Shown here piece after piece: positions 36,219 to 49,331 of a stretch of 64,000 nucleotides of DNA (position 1 is its first letter; each line of letters starts with the position of its first letter). The DNA lies in contig JBHGNT010000009.1 of NCBI GenBank assembly GCA_043228905.1, positions 10,044,001 through 10,108,000 of the forward strand, in the 5' to 3' direction. The position numbers were made by a program, and so were the translations under genes. The notes under the pieces were generated by a model. That model made no database searches. It had not been told where the DNA came from and was given only the letters and a program-made list of their open reading frames with translations. The stretch comes from Azolla caroliniana (lineage: Eukaryota > Plantae > Polypodiophyta).

Positions 36219-39200
36219 GCTAATGCAGGCACCGGTTGTACAACCACCAAATTGGGCGAAACCATTTCACGTGTTTGTGGATGCCTCAGATATAGCAATA
36301 GATAGTGCGCTGATGGAGCTCACGGAGCCGATTTGGTACCGACCAGTGTACTACGCTAGTTGGAAACTATCAACGGCTGAGCGTAACTATTCCACAACGG
36401 AACGTGAAGCGTTGGGTATGATATACAATATCAATAAATTCCGGCATTATCTGCTAGGGTGAAAATTCACGTTTCACGTGGATCATACGCCATTGCTATA
36501 TTTGGTGGGGAAACAGGCATTGACAGGAAAATTGGCTAGATGGATGTTGTTGCTCCAAGAATTTGACTTTGTAATTCAGCATCGACCGGGTACGCAACAT
36601 GCGGTGGTGGATTTCTTGAGTAGAAAAAGATGACGATGACTTTTCGGATGCGGACATCTTGCGTATAACAACTTTAGCAGCAAGAACATAAAAGACTTTT
36701 CCAGATCGGTGGTTGATGGAAATGACCTTCTTTCTGACCACGAGGTTACCGCCACCACAATTAAGGACAGACGAGAAAAAATGGCTGGTTGTCCGGAGTC
36801 GTAATTTCTGTTTAGTCGAAAATGTCCTATATCACAAAGGCAGTGACGACATCTAGAGGCGCGGAATACGGCAGGATGAGAAGGCAATGGTTTTACGTGA
36901 AGCTCATTGTGGTACAGTGGGAGGACATTACGCGGGCGATGTTACGGCCCAGAAAATCTGGCAAGTAGGACTTTGGTGGCCGACTACGCAAAAGGATTCG
37001 TATGAATATTGCAAACAGTGCGATTTATGCCAACGGATGGGCTAGCCCACGGAAGTCGCGAGAATGCCACATCAACCGGTGTTGCTGTTGGATCCTTTCC
37101 AAAAGTGGGGGCTGGATTTTGTGGGACCCTTTACCCTGGCGGTTGCCTGAACCAACAATAAGTATATCTTGGTGACTACGGATTACTGCACCAAGTGGGT
37201 AGAAGCAAAACCACTACACGAAAATACCGCAACAGTCATGATGAAATTCCTTTACGAACATATCTGGTGTCATTTTGGCTGCCCTATTGAGCTCATTAGT
37301 GACCAAGGGAGTCATTTTCTGGATACGGTCATCAGCGAACTGACCCAACACTACGCCGTGGTCCACAAAAAGAGTACGCCGTATTACCCACAGGCAAATG
37401 GCTTGGCCAAATCCACGAACAAAACATTACAAATTATCCTCAAAAAGATAGTCAATGAGAATAGAACAGATTGGGATACCAAATTGCACAGCGCATTATG
37501 GGCATATTGAACCAACTATAAGACCAACATACAATCCACGCCTTTCAGGCTAGCATTTGGGTTGGAGGCCGTAATGCCAGTCGAATTCTAGGTACCTAGT
37601 CTGCGGATTCAAGTACGAGACCGGCTGCTAGAGGACAAATCCGAACGAATACGGCTACAACAATTGTTAGAACTAGGTGAAACACAGTTACGCAGTATGG
37701 CCATATTAGAACAGGAATAGCGGCGGCACAAAGCATTCGTGGACTGACACCGGCATGCGCGTGAAAAGGATTTTACGGTCGGGAAAGTGGTATTAGTTTT
37801 TCAAACACGCATGGGGCAAATACCAGGAAAATTAAGATTTTGCTGGATAGGCCCGTACTGGATAGTTGGAGCGGAGAACGACACGTTTCAACTTGGCACC
37901 TTGGCCAGAGAAGTGCTACGACAAAAGGTGAATGGGTTTCGCCTAAAACCCTACCTAGGACCTACGCCACCTAACCCGTTCCCCGCCGAACACGACAAAG
38001 CCGAAGAATCCGTGGAGTAATTATAGAGACCTTCTTGTACTATAGTGTAAACATAATATTGTATGTAACTGTTACAGAAAGAAAAGAAAAAAAAAAAAGA
38101 AAAAAGAAAAAAAAAATGAAAAGAAAAAGAAAAGAAAAGAAAAGAAAAGAAAAGAGAAGATAGCGACGCTATTAAAAGGACTTCATGCATGCAGAAACTT
38201 CTAGAGCAAGAACACGCGGCACCACGATGGCTCACAGACCAATGAACCCTAGGCCACAAAAAGAAGAAAATAGAAGGTTTTCTGCATAGTACAGAAACCA
38301 ATCGTCTAAACCTCATCGCTCTCCTCACTCACCTTCCTCTCCATCATACCATAGAGCTCACGTTCGCCATAGCTAGCATACCTCTCCCTCTACCCACGGG
38401 TCTCACCCACCTACTATGCCGATCCCTATTTCTGCCACCCTGCGTAGATGGCTCATCGAAAAGCGCCTGGATGGATACATCAAAGTCGCCGAGGCATCCG
38501 CTCACCCTGAAGCCCTGGACATTGCTAGGAAACTCAATATGGACACGGTCACCAACACATCCATCCGGAAGAAGCTTGACCTGTCATAGCTTGGAGAAAG
38601 ACATTTCGACATCCCTCCCACAGAAACCTTGTAGAGATATTTCAGGGCATATTCGGCGTCCACCAAGGCATATAGGACGAAGGAAATCCCCGACCCCTTC
38701 TTTCGTGAAATAGCCAAGTTCTTGTTGGAGGTCAGATGCGTGCATGTAAATGCCTATGGGATGCCAAAGCAGAAGGCATGCATCATCATTGATACCTTCA
38801 AAAGGCGCGCGGTCGATTGGGGGGTCATTACGAGACCAGCACGTGTATCAAGGCGGCAAGAAGCTAAGGCCAATCATACAACAGTATCTGACGATACTAT
38901 TCCCACCCCGAGGTCTGCTCGCATCACAACCCAGCAAACCCACGCCGTCGCCACGTTCCACGAAACGGAGGTTAGCGGAGTTGGCCACCACAGAATGGGA
39001 GGATGAACCCCAATCGGCCTAGCCTAGCACGTGGACAACACAGGAAGAATGGATGGAGTGTAGGGAGGAAGCTCCGCAGGAGCAAGAGGCCGAAACGACG
39101 GAGGTTGGACAGGAAAGATAGGCGTGGATTAGTTAAAGACACACTCGCGGCCATAGAGACGACCACCGTGGTCGACAATTCCGTAGCTACGGAGCCCAAC

Positions 39201-40427
39201 ACCACTTTCGAAATAATCCGGGAACCACGAACGATCATTACGGCCGAATCATAATGGGGGAAATGCGTATTTACGGCGGAAAGCGAGGTCCTGAAGTATC
39301 TGGACATTCCGGACACAAGCCATGAGTTCGGCGAACTATTACAATTCGGAACTACTTACGAACTCATGGAATTTTTGGCAATGCAACAAATAAAAGTCTC
39401 ACAATGAATGGCCGAGGAGCATGTAGAACAACAAATGGTTGAGCGCGTGCTAACACAAACGACGGAAAGCGATGATGAGGGGCCGCTAGCCAGAGTAGGT
39501 AGACAACGGAATGTCGGTATACGCCGAATGGGAATTGAACTACCCCCATTAAACGCGGCCCTCGTCGAGGTTCATAGGGAACTGGCTAAGGTCAGTATGG
39601 GTGCCAAAGATATTATGGTGATTAAAAACAAAAATGTCTGGAAAACGGTTAAACAGACCCAAGCTGAGCTACAAAAGGCCAACGAACGCATTGTAGAGTT
39701 GGAATGGAACGCAACTATGACGCAACAGGAATCTCGACCAAGAGACAACACCGCCGAAGCCCAGTCCCTAAGAGAAGAGGTTGAAGCCCAAACCGCCATT
39801 GCCTCAAAAGCAAAGAGGATCGTGCAGCTAGCGGAATCCGAGATTGACCGCCTCCGCTCCGAACTTTGCCAATCCTCCGACAGAGAAGAGGACATCTGAG
39901 CCAAAGGCTGAAAGGCAGTGAAGGACCTCGAAGAGAAACTCGAAGCGGAGGCAGCAGCGCACCCCCACATGAAAGAAGAAAATACCAAACTACGGGAGGA
40001 AGCGCAAAAATCGAAAACAGCGATCACATGACTTCGGGCGTTATTGGAAAAGAAGAAAGCGTGGTTCGACGAGCAACTCATACGAGAACAGGAGGTGAGG
40101 CATCAGGTCGAAATCCGCCTGAACAATCAAATGGGAAAGCTGGAGGAATTACACTCGAAGGAATCTCAGTTATGGGTAGGAATAAAGAGCAATTATGAGG
40201 AAGTGGCGATGGTCAGTAAGCAAGAAATTGAGAACCTCAAGAAAACCATGGAAGAAGCATTTAACCACTGCTAAGTAATAACCGACAACGTGCGCATACT
40301 TCTTCAAACAAATCGGGAGAGGTTTATGGCGCAATTACAAGCGACACTAGACAAAGGCTGGATGGCATGGGCTACACAAGCAACGGAGTTGCATACTTAC
40401 TGGGGGGATTGGGAGAACAGAAGGAAA

Positions 40428-40696
40428 TGTTAGGTTTTGACGCTTTCCAAAAAAACCTTCACCTCTCGGCCACAACCGAGGAAACACGAGTCAATGCAGA
40501 AGTATATCGAAAACACAGAGAGAGACTTGAATGCACAGGGTTTAGCGTGGAAAACCCTAGATGGGAAAAACCACGGGAGTGCAAGACTCCAACTATCACT
40601 ATACGCAGAGAATGTACAATGGCGAGCTGCAAGGCGACGACCTTGAGCTCGCTGTCCTCGCCACAGGCGGCGGTATTACACAGAGGCGTCGACCTC

Positions 40697-40731
<35 letters not shown>

Positions 40732-43700
40732 GCTGCTCTCACTTCGCTCCCTCTAAGTGGAAAACAGAAAAATGAGCAACAACAACAAAACTGTTTGCCC
40801 TAAGTCATATTTATACACATATGACTTTCGGGCTATTTACAAATATAGCCTAGAGGGCCCTTGGCAAACATATTCACAAATATGTCCCCGCATCCGGATC
40901 TCTCTCCGGGTACATTCGTCATCCGGCTCCGTAGCCGGGGTCTTCATCATCCGGATCCGAAACCGGGTCTTCATCATCCGGATCCGAAACCGGGTCTTCA
41001 TCATCCGGTTCCGATACCGGGTACTCCTCATTCGGGTCTTCATTCCCGATTCCCGGACATCTGACCATCCCATCCGGAGGGACCGTAATCCCAACAAACT
41101 CCCCCTTCACTTCGGCATGGGATGTCTTTCCAGTCCGACCCTCTTCCGGCACGCTTCCAGCTTGTCGGGTGTGAGCACTTTGGTCAGCATATCTGACCCG
41201 TTCTCGTCCGTGTGGATCTTCGTCAGCACGAACTCCTGGTCTTCTATCCTTTCCCGGATCCAGTGATATCTTCGCTGGATGTGCTTCGTCCGGGAGTGAT
41301 AGGCCGCATTCTTCGCAAGGTGGATGGCACTCTGACTGTCGCAGTAGAGTCGGTACTCCTCCTGCCGGATACCAAGCTCTCTAATGAAGTCCTTCATCCA
41401 TATTATTTCCTTGCCGGCTTCAACAGCCGCCATGTACTCCGCCTCCGTGGTTGACAACGCAACCGTCTTCTGCAGCCTCGACTGCCACGAAACAGCTCCC
41501 CCTGCATACGTCATCACATACCCCGATGTGGACCGGCTGGTATCTGCATCAGCCGACATATCCGAATCGGTAAAGCCGTCGAGTTCGGGCTTACCGGAGC
41601 CGAATCGGAGGCACACGTTTGCCGTGCCCTTCAGGTATCGGAGTATCCACTTGGCCGCGTTCCAGTGCTCTTTGCCGGGATTGCTCATGTACCGGCTCAC
41701 CACTCCGACTGCATATCCTATGTCCGGTCTTGTACACACCATTGCGTACATCAAGCTTCCTACGGCAGAGGCAAATGGTACTTTCATCATGTCCTCCTTC
41801 TCAGCCTTTGTCTTGGGGCTTTGCTTGCTGGACAGCTTGCAGTTGGCCGGAAGGGTTGACCCGACCGGTCTTGCTTCCGACATGTTGAACCGGTGAAGCA
41901 CCTTTGTCACGTACTTCTCCTGTGACAGCCACAACTGCTTCTTCTTCCGGTCCTGGATGATGTGCATCCCTAGTATTTGCCTCGCCGGACCCAGGTCCTT
42001 CATTGAGAAGGTTCGGTGAAGCGCTTTCTTCAGCATCCGTATCTTGCCCTGGTCCCGTCTGACGATCAACATGTCGTCCACGTACAGGAGGAGTATTAGA
42101 AAGTCTCCTCCTTCGAACTTCTTCACAAACACGCAGTGATCGGACTGCGTTTTGTGGTACCCTTCGTCGGTCATGAAAGAGTCGAACTTCCGGTACCATT
42201 GTCGGGGAGCCTGCTTCAGTCCGTAAAGGCTCTTCTTCAACCGGCATACCAGGTGCTCCTTCCCTTTCTTCTCGAATCCTTCCGGTTGCTGCATGTAGAT
42301 CTCTTCTTCGAGGTCACCGTGAAGGAATGTCGTCTTCACGTCCATCTGTTCTACCTCGAGGTCCATGCTTGCCGCTATGCTCAACACCGTCCGGATGGAG
42401 GTCATCTTCACTACCGGGGCAAATATCTCGTCGAAGTCGACGCCCTTCTTCTGCTGGAACCCCTTCACCACGATCCTGGCTTTGTATCTCGGGGGGTTTC
42501 CGGCATCTCCCAGTTTCAGCTTGAACACCCACTTGTTTCGAAGTGCCCGCTTTCCTTTCGGCAACTCCACAAGTTCATATGTGTGGATATCATGCAGGGA
42601 ATCCATCTCCTCCTGCATGGCACTTAACCACCTGCGGCTATGGGTGTCAAGCTTTGCTTCTTCAAAACTCTCCGGCTCCCCCTCGTCGGTTAGCAGCACG
42701 TGCTCTGGTTCCGGAAATCTCCGGGGGGCCCTTCTCTCTCTTAGAGGATATCTCCGTTCCGGAGCTTCGGTAACCGGCTCCTCCGTTTCCTCTTCATCCG
42801 AATCCATTTCGGGATCGGGGCCGGTTCCGGTATCAGTTTCATCTTCCTCGGCCGGTTCTGTTTCTTCACCGTCTTCGGCTGGATCCTCGAGTGCTAACCG
42901 GTCCCTTGCCGGTCGGGACTGCTCCTCGTAGAGTTGATCCTCACCGGTCGACTTAGAGCTCTTCATCTTCTTCTCCGACTCCCAGTCGGCGAGTGTCTTG
43001 TCCTCCATGAAGATGATATCACGACTCCGGAATATCCTTTTGTCGACCGGGTCCCATACTCGGTAGCCGAACTCGTCATCGCCGTAACCGAGGAATATGC
43101 ATGGCCGGGTCTTTGGATCTAGCTTTCCTCTCCGGTCCTTTGCCACATGCACATATGCGAGACCCCCGAACACCTTCAGATGCCGGTAGGATACTTCCCT
43201 ACCGGTCCACACTCTCTGCGGCGTGTCTCCGTCCAAAGGTACTGAGGGTGATCTGTTTATCACGTATGTCGCCGTCGACATTGCCTCAGCCCAAAACCCC
43301 TTAGGTAATTTCGCATGCGCCAGCATACTCCGGATCCTCTCCATTATGGTCCGGTTCATCCTCTCGGCCAGCCCGTTCAGTTCCGGCGTCTTCGGCACAG
43401 TAAACTCGAGCCGGATTCCCTTCGAGCGACAGTACTCCTTGAACTGCCCCCGGTATTCCCCTCCGTTATCCGCTCGTATCGCTTTCAGCTTCTTGCCGGA
43501 TTCCCTTTCCACTCTCGTGTGGAGTTCTTTGAAGACGCACAACACTTGGTCCTTTGTCTTCAACGGTGCCGTCCACAGCTTCCGGCTGTGGTCATCAATG
43601 AATGTCACGAAGTACTGGGCTCCGCCATGTGACTTCGTTTCTACTTGACACACGTCAGTGTGCACCAACTCCAATGGTGCACTACGTCTCGTCGGTGGCC

Positions 43701-45480
43701 TTGAGTGGAAGGAGGTTCGGTTCTGCTTACCGGCCAGGCAATCGGTGCACTTCTCCAGGTGCACATGCTTCACTGGAATAAGGTTGTCTTCTGCAAGCCT
43801 CTTCATCCCCTTCTCACTCATGTGGCACAGTCTCTTGTGCCACAGCTCACCGGCAGTGTCGGCTGCCACGTTCAACTCCTCCGGACATAACCAGGCATTC
43901 ATAAGGTACAGTGTGTTGACTTTCCGGGCCCGAGCTACTATTAGGCTCCCCTTGCTGAACTTCATTACGCAGTTCCGGATGCTACCTGTGTAGCCTTCAT
44001 CGTCTAGCCTCCCGGCCGAAATCAGGTTCAATCGAACCTCCGGAACGTGTCAGACATCCTTCAACAACATTTTGCATCCGGTCGAGGTTGTCAACCACAC
44101 GTCTCCTATGCCGGCAATCCGGCACGTACCTTCATTTCCCATCCGAACGCAGCCATGCTCACCGGCTGTATAGGATGAGAAGTATCTTCTTTCCGGGGTC
44201 AGGTGGAACGACGCTCCGGAATCGACCACCCAGGTAGTCTCATCGCCGGTAATGTTTAGTTCACCTTCTTCGGTGATGAGCATGATCTCCTCTTCACTTG
44301 CCGCGAGTGCCGTCATTCCTTTCCGGTCCTGCCCTCGCCGATCCGAACCATTCCGGTCCGTGGCTCCCCGGTAAGCACCGTTCCGTTCCGAAGACTTCTT
44401 CGAATCGGTGTCGTCGGCTCCGTTGTCTTTTCGGTAATGCCGACAATTCTTTCGGAAGTGCCCCGGCTTCCCACAGTGGAAGCATGTGGGCCTTCCTCTT
44501 GACTGCGACCGGGTCCCCGACTTCTCCCGTCTTTGCGGACTCCGGTTCCGTTGTCTTCCCCGATCCGATTCGGTAAGCAGCATCTTCGGATCGGAGGCCG
44601 GTTCTTTATCTCTCCGACGCGCTTCTTCGTTCAAAATGCTTGTCTTTACCGTTTGTAGAGACAAGTTATCTTCGGTGCAGGAGGTGCTGAGAGTCACCAC
44701 CAAGTTCTCCCAGCTTTCCGGCAATGTACACATCAGAATGATGGCTTGCATTGCATCCTCCAACGGGAACTTGATCGCCGCAAGTTGGTTCACGAATCCC
44801 ATGAACGTGCTTACGTGTTCCACCATATTCTCGCCGTCCCGGTACTTGAGGTTCACTATCTTCCTCATCAGGGAGGTCCGGTTCAACGCATTCTTCCTCT
44901 CGTAGAGGCCCGACAGCTTCTGCCACATCTCATATGCGTTGGTGTCGTTCGCCACATGTTGTAGAACGCTCACGTCGACGTATTGCCGAATGGTTGCAAC
45001 GGCTTTTCGGTTCAGAAGCCTCCATTCCGTCTCAAGTACCCCCTTGGGTATTTCCGTCCTGTCGATCGGTTCATACAGGTCCCGAACAATGAGTAGATCC
45101 TCCATCTTTATCTTCCAGTCGGCGTAGTTCTGCGCATTCAGCACCATCATCCCCGGCTGCCCGCTGCTGCCGCCTTCCATTTTCTGCACTGCAGTCGCTC
45201 TGATACCAGATTGTTAGGTTTTGACGCTTTCCAAAAAAACCTTCACCTCTCGGCCACAACCGAGGAAACACGAGTCAATGCAGAAGTATATCGAAAACAC
45301 AGAGAGAGACTTGAATGCACAGGGTTTAGCGTGGAAAACCCTAGATGGGAAAAACCACGGGAGTGCAAGACTCCAACTATCACTATACGCAGAGAATGTA
45401 CAATGGCGAGCTGCAAGGCGACGACCTTGAGCTCGCTGTCCTCGCCACAGGCGGCGGTATTACACAGAGGCGTCGACCTC

Positions 45481-45512
<32 letters not shown>

Positions 45513-45906
45513 GGCTGCTCTCACTTCGCTCCCTCTAAGTGGAAAACAGAAAAATGAGCAACAACAACAAAACTGTTTGCCCTAAGTCATATTTATACAC
45601 ATATGACTTTCGGGCTATTTACAAATATAGCCTAGAGGGCCCTTGGCAAACATATTCACAAATATGTCCCCACATCCGGATCTCTCTCCGGGTACATTCG
45701 TCATCCGGCTCCGTAGCCGGGGTCTTCATCATCCGGCTCCGTAGCCGGGGTCTTCATCATCCGGATCCGAAACCGGGTCTTCATCATCCGGATCCGAAAC
45801 CGGGTCTTCATCATCCGGTTCCGATACCGGGTACTCCTCATTCGGGTCTTCATTCCCGATTCATGGACATCTGACCATCCCATCCGGAGGGACCGTAATC
45901 CCAACA
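40428..45906 (-). mobile_element. Full-length Ty1/Copia element (Tnt1/Tork-like) with one premature stop
   Basis: TSD GGAAA; LTRs 45212-45906 and 40428-41096; tRNA-Met PBS 45197-45208; PPT ~41099-41107. Confidence 0.97.
41107..45180 (-). pseudogene. Copia gag-PR-INT-RT-RH polyprotein with a single CGA>TGA stop at 44050-44052
   Basis: ORFs 44050-45189 and 41107-44031 are in the same frame; the intact paralog at 58934 reads DVRHVP at this site. Confidence 0.93.
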
Positions 45907-46748
45907 GGAAAGACGGCTGAGGTTTCTACAAACTCAATGAGGAAAGCATTGCGGCAGTATGCGAGGACCTAGCTTAGGATTATCTCACGCTAGCGGACCA
46001 GCACTCCGAGGAACTCGCGCAGCTACTAGACGATTTTGGCGAAAGTCAGGAGGACATGTTTCACCAAATCATGCAAGCCGGCAGCACACGACCAAATGAG
46101 GAATCCATCGCGATACCAGTAAGTGATACTGCCGAACAAGAGGAACCTCAGCCCACGTCACCAGAAATAACAACTACGGTAGACAACATGGAACAACGAG
46201 TGGAGCCCATCGTGATACCGAAAAGTGAGACTGCCGAACAGGAGGAACCTCTACCCCAATCACCGGAGCGTACGATTACGGCCAGCAACACGGAGGAAGT
46301 TACGGACACGACAGAGCCTCAACCTACCAAGAGTCCGCAGACAGATGAGCCAGCCACAGTAGAACAGGATGAGCCAACAGAGCCCAGACCGCCCACACAG
46401 GGAGATAGTGACACCATGGAAAGCCCCACCGAGCAAGTACAAGTCATGGAACCACACAACGACGCGCCTACGGACACTACGCCGTCCCCGAACCAGGACA
46501 TCGGGGCGGAACCAAACATCCGGGCCATTTTGGAGGAAGATTAAAGGGGTGGGTCCGACGTGCCATGGCACTGTCCCACACGTGTGCCAGGTGTTGTCCG
46601 CCGGAATAGTAACCGATGGACAGAAGCGCAGAAATATTAGAATATAGTAAGAGCGTAAGAAACGCATGTAACGGTTCACGCGGGAAGCATGAACGGCTAA
46701 AAGACCTTGTGTATATAAAGGGCAGAAATCCTCTATAAGAGGTAGCGT

Positions 46749-46968
46749 TGTCGTGATGTTCTGTGTCCAATGGGAGAAATTGTGAAATAGTGTGGCTCCA
46801 ACACATTATACAAATGATTATAAATATGAAAATTAGCCTAGGGTCTGATGACATTCAAGTGCATATAGAAGGGTGCAAGCAAGATTTGAACCTTGCACTT
46901 CTAAGATAGGAAGCAATTACCTAAGATAGGATTCTTGTGTAGCGGAATAGGTGTGAACTGTGTGTGTG

Positions 46969-47031
<63 letters not shown>

Positions 47032-47735
47032 CAAGGAGTAAGACACAGAGTATACGCAAGTTAGATTATATTAACAAAGGAGAAGACTCAACATATACAA
47101 GGTGGGAGGAGGGTGCTGCTTTATATAGGCACCCTCTCTCTTCATTAACTACAAGGCTCATGGAGCATAGGGAATGTGAAAGCTCATAAGTTATGTGTCA
47201 TAGAATATGATTCTATGACTCATACTAAATGCTAGAATACAAAGTGGTGACTTAATGGTGGCTCTCGACTGTTGGAGTGTCTATTCACTCTCAAGGTGAG
47301 TTCATAGACTAGACCAAGTTGAGCTTGATTCTCAACAATAGGAAACAAACATACAAAACCGTGTACACAAAACCATGGTTTTAGCCTATGGTTTTGTGCA
47401 TGTTAGAAGGATAGATAAACCTATAAAAACCCTTGTAAGGCTTGTGTAATGGGGGGGGATCAATCAATGGATGAATCAAACAATCTATGAATCAATCTAT
47501 GCATCAAATAGAAAATTAATAATAAGAAAACTTAGTTATCTTATTGGTGATGTGTATCTATCTATCTTAAAAACTTCCTCAATTTCTATTTCTCTGTCTC
47601 TCACTCTAACCACATTAGTGCGTCACTTCAGCCGCCCATCATCCATAAACACTAGCGGATAGAGGCTCGGTGCTTGTTCGCGCTTGAGACGCGCACATCC
47701 CGACGTTCGGCACATGTGTCACGCGCCACACGACA
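46749..47735. mobile_element. Solo LTR (TGTCGTG...CACGACA) inserted in the host 3' LTR
   Basis: 4-bp TSD GCGT/ACGT. Removal restores GTAGCGTGTAATTTTGG as seen in the 5' LTR. Confidence 0.85.
46952..47337. mobile_element. Solo LTR nested inside the solo LTR above
   Basis: TG...CA ends; 5-bp TSD ATAGG (46947-46951 and 47338-47342); (GA)n tract. Confidence 0.8.
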
Positions 47736-48716
47736 ACGTGTAATTTTGGTGCATAGAGCGTTATTCTAATAGAATACTATCTTCTCTGATTTCGGTGCAT
47801 ACCTATGGTTTTACCTACTGTGTCTTTGTTATCTGTTGCGTACTGTTAATCGTAAAGGTGTAGGCGTAAGTGTGGATACTAGTGCACTTCCGAAGGAGTC
47901 GGTTGTAGCCGTCTCCCTTATATGCTACTAGGATACGGGGAAGTATCCCATTACGTAGTACGGTACGGCGGTACCATTCCTTGCAATGCAGTCACCTTGA
48001 GGTCTAGGTCGAAGGACTGACCGTAGAAAGTGTTCCTAATTGGTAACAATCGCTCGTAATGAACCTCCCTAACATAATGATCTTCGTGTGAGAACAAGAA
48101 ATCCACTAAGAGAGAAGTGTGTTAGGAGTAATCTTACACACAATCTTCTATGGTTGATAGTATTTACTATCCTTGGTTTTGATTGGGCATATGTTCTTGT
48201 TTAAACCATGCACTTTAGTTGTGGCTTATTTTTGCATTGTTACGTTAGAGTATCACAATTGGTTGAAATTCTATTTTGATCGTATTTATTAGAAGTTGCT
48301 TATGCGTGGTTTTAATGGAGGTACATCCATTTGATAAGAGAATCCCCTTTCTAACGATGATCCCAAATGAGTCGCCTTGTCTTCTACTTTTTATTAAATT
48401 TTCCTTTGTCTCTTGAAACCTCTTCTTGGGAACAATTTTCATGAGGTTCATTTGCACATGGTACTTATTGAACATGTTATATCCACATATGTTCATACTA
48501 TGGTTTTTTATTTGGAAAAATTGAATACATTGTTTATTTAGTGCAAAATATGTGGATCAATGTCCAACACCAAAGCATATTAGTCGTTACATTTTGTCAC
48601 GAGAATCGGTGAGAAGGGTGTGAAAGATATGAGTGGGACCATTGGGGTCCTAAACGAGGGGAAATGGCTTTGATGGCAATGTTGATTAAGGCTTATGAGA
48701 ATTAAATGGATAAAAA

Positions 48717-49102
48717 TGTTGTGATATGGACCGTAAATCGACAAGAAATATAGACTCGACTGTTATACATAATATGAAACAGAAGAACAACAAAATAGAG
48801 AGAACACACATAGTACACTAGATTTACGTGGAAACCCTAAAATGGGGAAAACCACGGGGCAACAGATCTTCATTATATACCAGAGATACAAGAGGAAAAA
48901 CATATTACAAAACTCTGATGAGCAGAGTGTTTTGGCAAGTTCACCTAACTATGCCTACACTACCTCTCTTGTCTCCTGCCTACTCACTGTTACACTATCA
49001 CTATATCTCAGTATCTGCTCTGTCTACACTACTATGTTCTACACCTTTTTTCTTGTTTTCTAAAGTTTTCCCTAGCTCAACATATTTATAGAAGGAATAT
49101 GT

Positions 49103-49150
<48 letters not shown>

Positions 49151-49329
49151 GTTAATTGGCCGATTGGTCGACTCGACTGTCCAACCCACAAGTCGACAGT
49201 CCAGACAATTCAACTAGCCGACTCCTATGTCGACTATCCAATCGATCCGACTAGTAGACTTTGTCATGGACCATCCGGTCGGCTTGACTAGTTGGCCTAG
49301 TCTTCGACTTGGATAATCAATCCAATACA
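48717..49329 (-). mobile_element. LTR-like remnant with (ATA)n microsatellite
   Basis: Contains CGTGGAAACCCTA...GGGAAAAACCACGGG, shared with the Copia LTRs in this window; ends CAATACA. No TSD found and the left boundary is uncertain. Confidence 0.5.
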
Positions 49330-49331
49330 GT

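Larger units (their letters stand above)
38416..46544 (+). pseudogene. Extra ORF of the host Gypsy downstream of pol (coiled-coil, T/E/P-rich C-terminus), split by a Copia
   Basis: Sense-strand ORF fragments 38416-40274 and 45912-46544, lying between the integrase stop/A-rich tract and the purine tract before the 3' LTR. Confidence 0.6.
27961..48048 (+). mobile_element. Old non-chromovirus Ty3/Gypsy element with an extra 3' ORF, hosting several nested insertions
   Basis: LTRs about 27961-28426 and about 46592-48048 (interrupted), both ending GGTAACA. Degenerate tRNA-Arg-like PBS 28431-28445. Gag 28470-33100, protease ~33130-33642, RT 33943-35700, RNase H ~36223, integrase to 38020, extra ORF 38416-46544. 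LTR 5' boundary and TSD uncertain. Confidence 0.85.
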
